A stretch of DNA of 64,000 nucleotides, taken from NCBI GenBank assembly GCA_001949185.1, contig BDGG01000016.1, positions 310,001 to 374,000 of the forward strand, given 5' to 3'. Within the stretch, counting starts at the first letter, position 1. The number at the start of each line of letters is the position of its first letter. This DNA is from Ramazzottius varieornatus (taxonomy: Eukaryota; Animalia; Tardigrada). The notes below the pieces were generated by a model. That model was not told where the DNA came from, did no database searches, and was given only the letters and a program-made list of their open reading frames with translations. Of this stretch, positions 39,574-52,100 are shown piece after piece. The position numbers and the translations under genes were made by a program.

Positions 39574-42384
39574 CTACTAGCCTACGTTCCAGATTGTCTC
39601 GCGAAAAAAATCAACTTTAAATCGGTCGAATAAAACCAAAAGTCAACTCTAAACTCTGAATCGGTCACACAAAAGCGAAAATATTCCGCGTACCTTGTCA
39701 AGAAGTTTGGGGGGAGAACGACAAGAACGTCAAGCGCAAATTCCACGATGAGATCTTGGTGGCAATTTAATATGATGGGATGTCAGCTGGGAGAATCCGA
39801 TGAAGATGACGAGCGAGGGATATGTTCCGATGGAAGCCAAGGAGCAACTGCTGAATACACACAATCATGGATGGCGTATTTTGCGATAAACAGCACGTTT
39901 TCAAATCGAGCCGACTCTTGCTGTATTTGGCATCCGCGAGATAACTCACCCGAGCCACCGTAGAGCAAACCGTCCTTCTTTTCCATTCTGCAAACATCCC
40001 CAGTCCAGCCACCATCCTTGCCTGACGAAAGGAGATGTGAAGTTATGAACGGCGATATTCTTAACTGCAAGTAATAATAACTCACTGGCCGTAGGCGGCA
40101 AATCTTGCGCTGGCTTCATCGTCCCGTCCTCTGCGTGTCGTGTCAATTCTTGAGGTTGTAATGCTGACTAATCGGATCATCTGTTGGGAGCAGAAAGATG
40201 GAGCAATGTCAATTGATAGTTGTGGTACAAACAGTCAAAGTATAAATCGTCAAATCTGTCAACGATGCTCTTGTAGTCAGAAAATCATTATCGTCTATCA
40301 CAAACTGACCAACAAATCAATCAATGCACACTGTGATCTTGATTTTGATCGACCTAAACAACCACTTTACCTGGCGCAGTCTTCTTGCGTTACGGCGTTA
40401 AGCAGATCCAGTAAATCAATCAACAGCAAATTCGGGGTTGTAGTTAATAACGCGAAACGTGGTAAGAATTACTAAGCTTAGTGCGTGCCAAGCTGCTCTC
40501 GATGGACTTAAAGTCACGGCATCCCTGCAACAGACAAGCCCCAAGGGTGAGGAGCAGATCATCAAGAAATACGAGCATGGAAAAGATACAATGAACTGGG
40601 TTAATGGAGGAATCGATCCCCATTGACGAGCAACACAAGTTGCAAACTCTAACCATTTTAGGAGCCACCTTCCAACGGCAAAGGCGTCTGGCCGCAAGCC
40701 ACGCTTCTCAGGAAAGCAACGTCTGCGTCACACACGTTGCTACCGAGCGACCTGCCACAATGTCAAAGGAAAATTCGCTCGGCAGGTCGTACGGCGTTTG
40801 CAGATTATAATCACTTGAACTAACCCGACGATGCGGAAAAGGTTTGCGCCGGTTGTTATTTTTGGCGTGTCAAGTATGGGAAAGACCTGACAAGTATGAT
40901 TCTCATCACCGACGACGCCTGAACAAAGCCCATTGGCTAATCCTCTTTTGTCCGATTATTTAAGATCGAAAGTCCATAGTAACTCAACAAAACTGACGCC
41001 GCAAATAAACAAAAACAACCGGCAAACAAAAGGCTGTCTGGGTCCCTGAATACCGGTAGACTGGAAATCCATCTGAGCCATTGTTACCTTGCAGCGATGT
41101 GCAATTTAAAAAATCCGCCAGCTTTTCCGAGAGATAGAATGACGGAATAACAAATACCTCTTTGATCATAATCTCGAAATAACGTCAAGAAAGGGCGCGT
41201 GGAGAGCCTAACATGTCGTCTCGTATATTCACACCCACTTTCACATCATTTTCGAAAGATGCCACGCACACAAGGCTAATTTTAATCCCTCCAGTTTTTG
41301 AGGTTACACCGAGTATATTTTTACTCGATACCTTAATAAGGCTTCATTAAATAATCTCAGGATACTCCTTTGCCGAGAAAGAGTGGTACTTCGTCATTTC
41401 AAAACGAAATTCCACCCTGCCCAGCAACGTCAAAGTTCCCCATCCAGTTCGTGATATTTTAAGATATTTTCAAATTATCACGGTACTCGTTTGAAAGAGC
41501 GGCGGAACTTCTAACCACAGGTTTAGATACCAACTCCTGACCACCTTCTAACCAACTTTCTTACCAGCTTCTTACCAAGAGTATAGATCCACCAAACCAT
41601 CGAGCTGTGTGCGTTGGTTGGTCAGTATAATAGATGACTGCAACTTCCGGTCAGTACACGTACAGGTTTGGGGTTTCATCTCGCCGGAGGAGAACCATGC
41701 GGGGCTTCCTTACTCAAATCCACAGACAACAGATATTCAGCAGTCTATGGTCGAAAGTTTCAAGGGGAAGCGCGAAGCATTAACAGGGCGATCAGAGGCG
41801 CCTTTGAGTAATGCCGGCTGATCATCCCCCGAAGACTTCCGGTTGTGCAGCGATGCTGTCATATTACCGGGTCTTCAGAACTGACGAACTAGACGAATGA
41901 AGTCGCGGCACGAGAGTCAGCAAGACTCAGGAGCTGACAGCTCGAGGGACCATCGACGATACAGAGCCTGTATTTGGTCGATAAGAGGCGAGATCATGAC
42001 GGCAGGCATGAGTCAAAACGAGGAAAGTAGTTTAATGTCGTGCGACTTGCGACACTAGACCTTTGCCGACGTCAAAGGCAGTATTCTCAAGCCAATAGAT
42101 TACTCATATACGCTGATCAAAAACGCCAACCTTCCTTCCTCCAACCTACCTCACATAGCCATTTATGCCCATTGCGCCCAACCGAAGACTCCGCAGTGCG
42201 TCATCGCGCCACAGCGAACCCAGCATTCTCTCTGCAACAGACAATAACGTATGATCGTATACGACCACCCAACCTCGATAAAATATTGAGTCAACACAGC
42301 ACACGAATATGCTGAGGATCGAGGAACATCCCAGAAATAATTGTCGATAGTAACCCGGCATTTGGCCCGGCAGATATCGCGGGA

Positions 42385-42475
42385 TGGTTGGCCTCTCAAG
42401 TGGCGCACGTTTCCCGGCAATAACACAGAAAACTGCGCCACTTGAGATAGCAACCACGCCGAGACTGTTTGCCGG
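42385..42475. repeat. Fold-back element copy 13, 26-nt spacer
   Basis: TCTCAAGTGGCGCA-N26-TGCGCCACTTGAGA. Confidence 0.9.
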
Positions 42476-43598
42476 CCTCCCAGCTGATAAAGGAACCAAA
42501 GCCATTCCCTCTTAGTATTACATTCATTCCGTACCGCATCAACGAAAAAGCGCTGCGATAATCGACAGTTGTTACCGAGATATTAATTACGTATCTAGGG
42601 TTTGGTGGAGGATTGGACCGGAAATGGGAGTGTGGAGTAGCGGGAGTGCCGGTAATCCACAACATGCGGGTGTAGCATTAATGAGGGTGGAAACTCAAAG
42701 GACATGGTAATGTCCTAGACGGGTTAAGGGTCCTCATTGAATGATTAGCCAGCGCCAGATGCCAAATTAAAACTTATCGTGCGAGGGCACGATCGTCGAT
42801 CGACATCCCATTGAGAAGGCCGCTTAAAAAGTGCTCCCTAAGGAATTGAGATGGGCCTCCGTACATTAGGGGAGGATATACTTTCAACAGTATTTTAGTT
42901 TATTAGACGTCTATACTCTACTCATCAACAAAATTTCATCATGAAAACAAACCTACCGTAACGTATCTTGTTGAAGAGGACGGGGAAGGTGTAAGGTACG
43001 CAGGATTAAAATCGCGGCCACGTGCGCATCCAAAGCTGGAAGCAGAAACCGAAGAACATGAGTAATACGCATATACTGATACTAAAAGCGTCCATGTCGA
43101 GCGCGTCATTTTGGGTGATATACTTAATTTACACCATTCACAAGGAGAAATGATAAGCTTGTTCTACATAGATCAGAAATACCCGTCACCGTATGCTGCC
43201 TCGTCTTGCGGCGCAGACGTGGGAGGAACCCAAAATAGTCGGCAGGCAATGCATACTGAACGGGCGGGAGACTGCGTCATCGCTGAAACACTTCCGGCCC
43301 GTTCCCCCTAGTTGACTAGTCCTCTTTAACATGTTAGTCGCCGACTAAATCATCCAGAAAAACCCACATCCGCCCCAGTCTTAACTTGACACACGTAATA
43401 GCAAGTTCTTATCGCCACTCTTACCCGAATCAACAAAGCACTTCCGGAAACTGATAGCTTCCAAGTTCCGACTCTTCGCGCCTCTCTTCCTGATTCCTTG
43501 ACACATCCCCCCGCCTCGCCGAAGAACAGTGTTTCGAACCCATCTCACAAGCAAACTTCGAATCTCTTCTGGAAATCGGACGTGGGTAAATGAGATAA

Positions 43599-43675
43599 AC
43601 CAGATCGCTGTCAAGTAGCGCATGTTTTCATTGTTTTTGGCCGAAACTGTGCGGTACTTGGGAAAACGATCTGCC
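43599..43675. repeat. Fold-back element copy 14, 27-nt spacer
   Basis: CAGATCG..TCAAGTAGCGCA-N27-TGCGGTACTTGGGAAAACGATCTG. Confidence 0.85.
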
Positions 43676-45329
43676 TCGAATCACTTGCTCATGTCTCAAA
43701 TCTTTTCGGATAGTTCAATATTCTCCAAGTTATTCGAAGAAAGTTTGCCGTGGTTAATCTTTTTCAATAAGTGAAATGGCTAACCCATCCTCTATTAAGA
43801 CTTAACCCTCGATGCACGCAAGAGATTAACCCACACCCACATTCGTATCGACGGAGACTAAACAGAAACTCGGCATACCTTTGCACCATTCGCGTGTCCT
43901 TGTCGAGCCAAAGTCTGTGGACATTCAGCATACAACATATGAATGGCGGACCTGTGGGAAAAGTCCAAAGTATTAATACAAATGAGCAAAGTATGATCAG
44001 GCGATCATTACCGCAATATGGACCATCATATCAGCGTTCTGACTAAAGTTACGTACCCGAGCTAGTTCGCTGCAATGGCGCCGTTCCGTACCCAACCCTC
44101 TTTTCGACATCTCATATCTCGGCTTCGGCGGCGTCAGTTACTGTAACGCAACAATATCAACGATTAAACAAACAACACGTTTCATGAGTGTGGGCTGTTC
44201 TTGTTTCGCATAGCGGAAAGCGTGATGATACACTATGGAATGACTTGCCTTTTCCTGTGGGCTTTGGCTGCCGGGCGCGGTCCTTCTTATCCACGTCGGA
44301 TGGCCGAAATATCAACACATGGTCATCACTGACTCGGGAGTCTATCCTCGCTTTCGGCTTGACTGGAGTAGAATATTTCTCACTGAAAAATAAACTTTAC
44401 GTAGCGATGCATCGATCGCGAGTCATCCGACTTTTCTGTAAACAGGAAATGCACACAGATGTATTCATCATGCATAAACAGGGCTTGACATCATGTTTAC
44501 TGTTGAAAGGTTTGCCTATACTCACTTTGAATCACTCGTAGTCCTTTTGTGTTGGTAGGGGAAGTAATCCTGATGTCCAACCGTTAAAGTGCGCCTTCAA
44601 CTCCGACTGAAGCCGGGACCGCAAGTGGACAGCGCCCTCTGGCGGAGACCCCACAAAACGGTACGATTATCATGGGTACAGCAGCAGATAATGCCGAGCT
44701 CCAGAGTTCCGCCGCAGTCCCGAAAGGACCGAAACACTCATCACATAAGCGTGATGTGAGAAACCGTAAAATAATCCACCAACGGAAGCTCGGCACCCAA
44801 GTTACCCCGCCAGTATTTCAAGACCCAGTATGACAAACTTGGCGTATGCTCGTATCGCTTCCTCAAAGTTTGATAAAGAGTATTATTATACACTACCCAA
44901 ACCAGAGGTAATCACGGCTCATGATTACGGTTATTTGGAGGTATGAATGATGCAGGTATGCCGTATTATGACAGGTGCTTGCCATGAGCTGACATCATGG
45001 GCATTAATTTGGGTGCGGGAGCTCTTCGCTGCAAGCAGACAAACTGCCACCGCGCCTGTGTGGGGACTATTCTTGTCTTTCACCTCCACACCACCGTCAA
45101 AACCCTACATCATGCTGAGCTTACTGACATGGATGTCAACAACAAGCAACGACCAGATGAAGGCCTGAAGCTTCATTTCAAACTTTATACAATTCGGGGA
45201 TATGATCACAGACTAACCAACAGATTCGCTGTTTCTCCAGCCCCAAAATACAAAAAATATTTTGTATCACCAGTCTACTTCGAGGTTTCGACAATCCTTC
45301 CGCAGACCAATCGCTGGGTCAATGGAACA

Positions 45330-48300
45330 TTAATTTAGGGGCTTAGCTGTTAAACTCCGTATGTTTTTCGAGATGGTTTCCAACGACCGGCGGCCAACGC
45401 TGACCGTTGTTTTTGGCTTCTTTTCAGGCATAATCTACAAGAAAGTCATGCTTTGATACACCGTCCATTAGAAAACAAATCAAAAATGTCCTCATGGACG
45501 ATGTTGTGTACCGGTTGGTCTTCATCTATGCAGCTGACTTCCGTCAGTTTGACATGGACCAAGTCAGGCTGCGTTCCTGCCAGGCCTTGAAAGAAAGCCA
45601 ATGCGGCTTCTTGCAAGAACTTAGGCTGTTCCGCATCGAGGAAGGGGAGTACTGCAGTCGCGCAGATTTCCCAAGCAGAGTCCTCTGCTTCAATGTTCTT
45701 TAAGAGCTGTGGCAGCAGGGAAATGAAGGAAATGGTCAAACGCGTTCCGGGATCCCATTCATCACTATACCTGGACCTGAAGTAACACCACATACATCTG
45801 ATTTGACCCTTTCCACTTCTGGACCCGTTTGAATTACGTACTGTAAATATTCGCTGCGTCCGCGCACTACGTCATCGTACAAGTGAAGTACAGCCCCGGT
45901 CCAGTTTCACGGATTGCGAATGCCCCTACGGGGGTGCATCGTCACGTACGTGTACGTACTGAGCGGACGCAGAGAATATTTACAGCACTGTATCTGTAAG
46001 ATTTTCGGGCTGACAGAGAAAGTTCTTACCGGTTAAGGCTTCTGGTACCGACGAACTTGGCGACGAGAGGAATTGCTTCATTGACCACCCGATACCTAAG
46101 GAAGCCACCGGCAACTGATGTCAGCCCGACCAAGCACTCAAAAGCCTAGAGGCAAAAACACCCATCGAAACCCCATGGAATATTACCTGTCTCAAAAAGA
46201 AAAGCACTAACCTTCCTCATGATGATGAAGTCCGAACCCCGATGAAACGTGATAAGGGACTGCCATATCTTGTGCGCGAGAGGAAGCAGCTGTTCTTGCC
46301 TTGACTGAATCACCTCGCAGCCTTCGCGTATGACATCCAGTAGGAGCGAACGAAGATGTCGGTCTTCAGTAAGAAGCAGGTAGGCACTTCGCCGTACGAT
46401 CTGTAAAGCAGCCAAGTGAATTTTACTCAGACCGTATTTCAAATTTCAAGTTTAAGCTGAGACATCAGCAACATGACAGATCGTGATCGGTACGTCAGGT
46501 GGCGCATTTTTTCCCCGTAGCTGCCTGATAATGCGCTCCACTTCGGAAAACGTTCAGGTTCAGATCATTTGTTGACGTCCCATTTGTTTACCTCGACGGT
46601 TAATTTTACGTGCTGAGGAACTTCTTCCTTCTTTTCTTCAGTTTCGATCGTCCCTTCTTCTTCTACTTCCTCTTCGTCCGCTACAGTTCCATTCATTTCG
46701 TTTCCTTCATTCGGAGTCTGACCGCTTGTTTGGTCGCGGTAGCCAGTGCGTAGGTACCTGATGACTCCATATACCTTGCTGTCCTGTCTCACAGCTGGAA
46801 CTTTCTTCGAAGCCGGAAACCACCGCTTCATCTTGACAACGACAGTCAAAAGTACCGCAGCGAAAGGACCCGGCGCGGCGTGGTGGAACTCGTCCAGCTT
46901 GTCCAAAACGACCTCGACGATATGCGCGACTTCAGGGAGGGCGTTTTTGTCCGTATAACTCAGCACGGCCTTCAATCATGGTACAACAATACGTTAAAAT
47001 CATTTTGCGAGAAGATATACTGGCATAGAGAATTCGTGCTCAGAAATGCACATACGAGTACCTTCAATACAAAGATGGTTTTGGGATGGCGGTGAAGTTG
47101 TCGAACGCGAAGAACGATGTCATTGATGAGGTACTCCATGTTGTCACAAACCAGGTCGGCTATAGAAGCGTACTGGCAAGCTTCGGCGACCTGTGAAAGA
47201 CAGTGAAGCGCCGTACTCTGGATCGGAGGAATCTCTGATTCTGTTTTCTCCAGTATCATGTAGAGAGCGACGTGCAGGTGCTGACGAAATGCCGTTCCCA
47301 TAACCTAAAAAACGAAGCGTACTCATTAGCAGATTCTCAAACTTTTTTTGTCTAAAAGTAATTGAAGAAAACTGCAGAGTTATTCCCGAAGTATTTATAT
47401 GTGATCGACTTCATTGAAAAATTCTTTAATTTTGGAAAATGACGGTGGTACTAACTTTAGCGATGGCAGCTATATTCTGCAGCAAGAGCTGCAAGCAGAC
47501 AACGTCCTTTTTCAGTTGAAGTAATGTCTTCTCGTCGGCCTGAGACCATCCTTCGGTGATGCAGCGGCGAGAAAGGACTGCTGCTTGGGCTGACGTTGAC
47601 AAGGTCCAGCCGTCAGACTGCAGCAAAACTTCGAGGACCATACTCAGCTGGTCCAAAACGGGACCGTCGGATTTTTCCACACCGTCAAGGAGACAACGCA
47701 GAACCAGCAATGTTTCACAGCGGGTCAGGCTATTCCTCAGAAACTCTTCGGTAAGGCGACTCAACATGCCAGGCTGGACACCGACTGTACCCAGGCGAGA
47801 AGTGAAGCGGAAGAACAGGGTGGCTATGGACGACTTTGTGAGTTTCAACAAAGAACAGGGAAGTATCGAGGGTTCGTTCGTATCTATCGACAACGAAGAA
47901 GAAAAGCTGTTACAGAATTCAAAGGAAAACATTGATAAGTTTTGAAAGCAAATTTTAAAAGTCGGATTTTTCGTACCGAATTCTCGGTAAGCCATGAGGT
48001 CGGTCGTGGTGTAGTCCAGTTCTGCAATTGAGAGTAACAGGAAAATGACGCGGTCCAGCACATTCCCCGCCCCTAGAATCCAAGACAGACGTGAGCCTGA
48101 AAATAACAGAATTGTCGGATAGTAAATCACCGAAACACCTATGTACTATTTTGGAGAGTTATACATCGCCTACCGAATAGCTTCACGTATCCGCAACAAA
48201 GCTTGAAGGAAGCGACGATGGAACTTTCCAAGCCGCTCTCTACAGTTGACGTCAAAGCTTCGAACGAGCTGATGAGATCGTCCTGTAAGTCAATCCATAC

Positions 48301-49880
48301 TAAGCTGGTTTGGTCAGGCAGGGAAGCCTCTTTTAGGTTCTCCACACAACGAGTAGCTGCATCGCTGATTTCGGGAGTTTGGTGTTCAGAAAAGATGATG
48401 ACGGTTCGAACTAGGTGAACCAGGCACGGACGAAGAGTTCTGTAAAAGGCAACTCCACCACCGTCTAATAATTTTAATCTCTTCAAAAATTAAATGGTGA
48501 AATTCTTTTTACAAAGTTGATCTGTCGTTTTTAATTACTTGAGATTTATGCTTGAATCTTTCTAGAGTCCCTTTTTCGAAAGATCCACAATACCCACCTG
48601 TCGCATTTAGTGATGACCAGCTCAGCAAAGCAAATGAACGTTGAGGCGACTTCAGGGGAAATGTCTGCAGAGATGACCACGGAGTCGACACTTCGGACAG
48701 CGATGGCTATTTTCGGTACTGTCTCTTCGAGCCATGCAGAGGAAGCCCGTACAGTCGTGCTCGTCTCAGCAGTTCTCGTCCCGGAAGACTCTGGGCTTGC
48801 TGGACCATGTACTCTCAGAGAGTTGTCAAACACCGTACAAAGTACCGAGCTGAATGTATTCAGAGCCTGAACCATCAACTGAGTTCCGACGAAAGGTGAT
48901 CCAGCGGGTTTCGCCAGAACGGATGAGCAAGTCGCGGTAATGCCCGGTAAGAACGAAGCAAAAAGACCGGCCAAGAAGGCTTTAGACTCATCCGTTCCTG
49001 CAAAGACAAAAAATGTGGTTAAGATATGTGATGGGAAAAAGCTGAATGGCGAACGGCAAGGCATACATCTTAATAAGTAACACACGTTAACTTCACGGGG
49101 AGAACTTTTTGCTTACGGAGTTCAGGTACAAGAGTCTGTTGGATGAGACCAAGGGCGGAAGCCCTGACGTTCCGGGCGGAACTTTTGTTGATCAGGTCAA
49201 CACAAAGAAAGACAATGTTGCTCCATAATACTGAAACCACATCTCGGGAAGTTCCGAAAGCTTCGGCCCATCTGAAAAAGTAACATGTTAATACCAATTA
49301 CGGTAAAAACCAATGCGCGCAACGATCGATCATGACGTCAGCGTAGCCAACGACCGATAAGGGTAATAACAATTTGTCATGCGCAAGTTTAATTCGATAC
49401 TGGTAAAATTACGCATTTCTCACACCGTGCTGCTGCAGGCTCGGAAAGCGATGCTCATAGTCTCCAGCAGCGTTTCGTAGAAGACCTCATCCAGCGTAAC
49501 ATCTTTCTCCTTCTTTAGAGTGTCCTGGAGCATGACACAAGTAGATCCCGCGATGTCTTTGAAGGCACTCCAGCTGACGAGCCGTGATCTGCAGAGGATG
49601 TCCTGTAGCGTGGTGAGGCTGACTTCCTGTAAACGGCGCAACCTACGACCAAGCAAAATTGTGGCTAATTGATGTATTATAAGAACATGCAGGCAGCTCA
49701 CTTCGAGTCTCGTTTGCGTAATATCCGGAGTAAAGGGAAGATGAGACATGGCTGGAGATCTGCTACGGCGGTCTTGTCCAGCGCCTTGATCAGATGTGCA
49801 TACTGCTGGGCTTGCTCGGTGTTCGGTTCCTTCAGCATCTGCAGAGACAAGCCCTGTATTGCGAAGAGGTGCTCTCCCAT
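45330..49880 (-). CDS. TTI1: TELO2-interacting protein 1 (TTT complex HEAT-repeat subunit), multi-exon
   Basis: N-terminus ...ALDKTAVADLQPCLIFPLLRIL, FASFLPGI, YASIADLVCDNMEYLINDIVLRVR, LLPLAHKIWQSL, VLPFLDAEQPKFLQEAA...QPDLV match TTI1 motifs. Exons splice in frame to TAA at 45330. Confidence 0.9.
45838..45988. mobile_element. MITE-like element with ~30-bp terminal inverted repeats in a TTI1 intron
   Basis: GTACTGTAAATATTCGCTGCGTCCGC at the left end is the near-exact reverse complement of GCGGACGCAGAGAATATTTACAGCAC at the right end; ~150 bp, non-coding. Confidence 0.7.
46485..46556. repeat. Fold-back element copy 15 (TTI1 intron)
   Basis: CAGGTGGCGCA-N27-CGCTCCACTTCGGAAAACG. Confidence 0.75.
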
Positions 49881-50283
49881 CGAGGTGGCCGTCCTTTAAC
49901 CTACCTATGATGAAACCAACCAGACGCGTGTGATAGCGAGACGAGATGTTAGGAAAGCAACAGGACAAAGAGGGATTAATATGGGAAATTCGAGTTTAAT
50001 CACTAAAGGTCACAAAACCAAGGTCGACTCTTCAGTAGGCCGGGAATACTCATGAGGTCAGGGGCAGCGAGCACTACCTCGGCTGCCGCCCCGCACTGCC
50101 CTCTTCTCGTGACTGTGCTGCCCTGTGCCGCCGAAACGCGCATAATCATTGTTGCTTTTGAGAAATTCTTTTGTGTTCACTGGTTCCTCGTGGTTTTAAT
50201 CGGGAATTGCACAGAAACGTGCAAGACTCTTTCTGGCACAAATGTCGTGGAACTCGAGCATATGCTGTTTTCCAGGTTCTAAG

Positions 50284-51700
50284 ATGGATCCGAAGTTTGA
50301 AGAGGCTTTCGAGGAGGATATAATTGGTGATAATGGTGATGGTGGTGATGGTGGTGATGGTGGTGATGGTGGTGATGGTGGTGATGGCGGTGATGGGGAC
50401 CAGTTCATCAAGCGTGGCGGATGTGTGGCACCGACTTCCCTCGCCTATATCCAGAACGTCAACTGATTACGCAGGTGATCTACGTGAGTACAATGATACT
50501 ACAACTTATTTGCTTTATTTGCTACCTGTAATTCCAGGTTATACTTTCGCGCTTTGGCGGGGTCCCAGCCCATATTAATGGGGAATTTCGCTTGTTACGT
50601 CTGGCTTCCTTCAACAAGGTCGTCCTCTTTCACCACTATGGCACTAGCCACAGATTAACACCAAAAAGTATCGTGTATATCAGCAGCGAGATGCTTCCCA
50701 CTGGAAGGAGCTCTTCTTACTGAAGAAGGGATCCCTCAAGCATGTGGTGGATGAAAGCACATCTTCCTTGGATTTATTTGGAAGGACCCCATTACCGTCC
50801 GTTACTGGTTCGCATTTGTCACAAGATGTTGTGGCTGGAGCATCCTGTGTCCAAGTTGACTTTCTACAATCTGGAATCTGGGATATCCAGGACGGCAAGA
50901 ACTTTGGTATCGACATTCTGTTTGCTGTCGACAATATTGGTCAGCTTCCGACACCGGCGAAGGCAAACGCTGCGCCCCGTTCAGTCCCTCAGTTGCACTT
51001 TCAAGAGGCCCAGGAAGTTGAACGGGGTTTACTGGATACAACGACCTCGCGAAGTAACCACCAAGGAAGGCATGGAGGGGCTCAAAGTCGAGCTGAAACT
51101 ACGGACGAAGCACGAGCGTGCGGTTACCGCGTACACAATAGGTCAAGGAAACCACCAGTTCTATAACGCTTGCGACTACATCAAGAATGCGTTATGCCGT
51201 CAGTGGTTCGTCGAGTGGATTCCCGGCTCTTCGCCGTTCTGAGACCCGACGTTACTTTGGCCGCATCTGGAGGAACAACTTCAGTAGCTGAAGTCCTCAC
51301 TGCAAACGATGATCGAATTGTCTTGTGTACACGTACCATAGATCCGTCAGAGTGGGACCGACTTCTTCGTGTTTTCGGAACAGCATTCGAGGAGTATCAG
51401 CAGTGGCATGATAAGGACGGGTACGGGCAGCCCAGTCAAAAGATATCCATGCGGAAATTTGGTTTGAAGGCTCGAAACACGTTCTCGGAGCAGTATCCTA
51501 TATATCCTGATTGATGCGTACTGGGACGGCCGGAAGCTGGACTTGATCGAATGTGCTTTCTAGGCCCAGCTGCTGACGATGACGCCCAGAATTCCTCTAG
51601 TTCCTCACTTGGTTCCTACCGATTTCAAAATGGACCTTCATCTGACTCACTATCCGAATGAGACGGTTAGGGCGTGGTACAAGGAGAAAATTGCCAGGGA
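50284..51700 (+). pseudogene. Frameshifted/stop-interrupted gene of unknown family
   Basis: Acceptor at ~50275 then ATG 50284. Successive overlapping ORFs (50744-51166, 50742-51242, 51170-51514) lie in different frames. The C-terminal part matches the 24.8 kb fragment and carries a TAG (AF*AQLL vs AFLARLL). Confidence 0.5.
50326..50396 (+). repeat. (GGTGATGGT)n 9-bp microsatellite encoding GDG repeats
   Basis: About 7-8 tandem units visible. Confidence 0.9.
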
Positions 51701-52100
51701 CTCCATAGGTTCACTTTCTGATTTCGCAGATCACAGCGTAGTGACGCCTGTACATTGTATAAGCACTAGGTTTTCAAGAGTTCAGATTTCCGGAGCCTGT
51801 GGTTTTAGTTCTGACGACTGATTAACAAAGAACGTTTGCGACGAATCTTGACTAAAACTTTTACAGGTACTGTCTTATAAAGTTCGCCTGTCCCTTTTCT
51901 TCCGGGCGCTGTTTGAGGTTCGAGATTTTCCCCGCGAACGAACCGCTACGAACGAACGGACAAAAACAGAAGCACGCAGGCGGCGTAGCGATAGGTTACT
52001 AAAACTGTTACAATTTAATATCACAACACCGGTTCATAAATACAATATAAAAGAATTTCTTTCATGCCTAGTTCCGTTTCCGACGAAGCCTCCCCGAAGT

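Noticed and set aside
50196-50578. PPS- or MVV-repeat proteins predicted in other frames
   Set aside because: They are alternative readings of the same 9-bp microsatellite.
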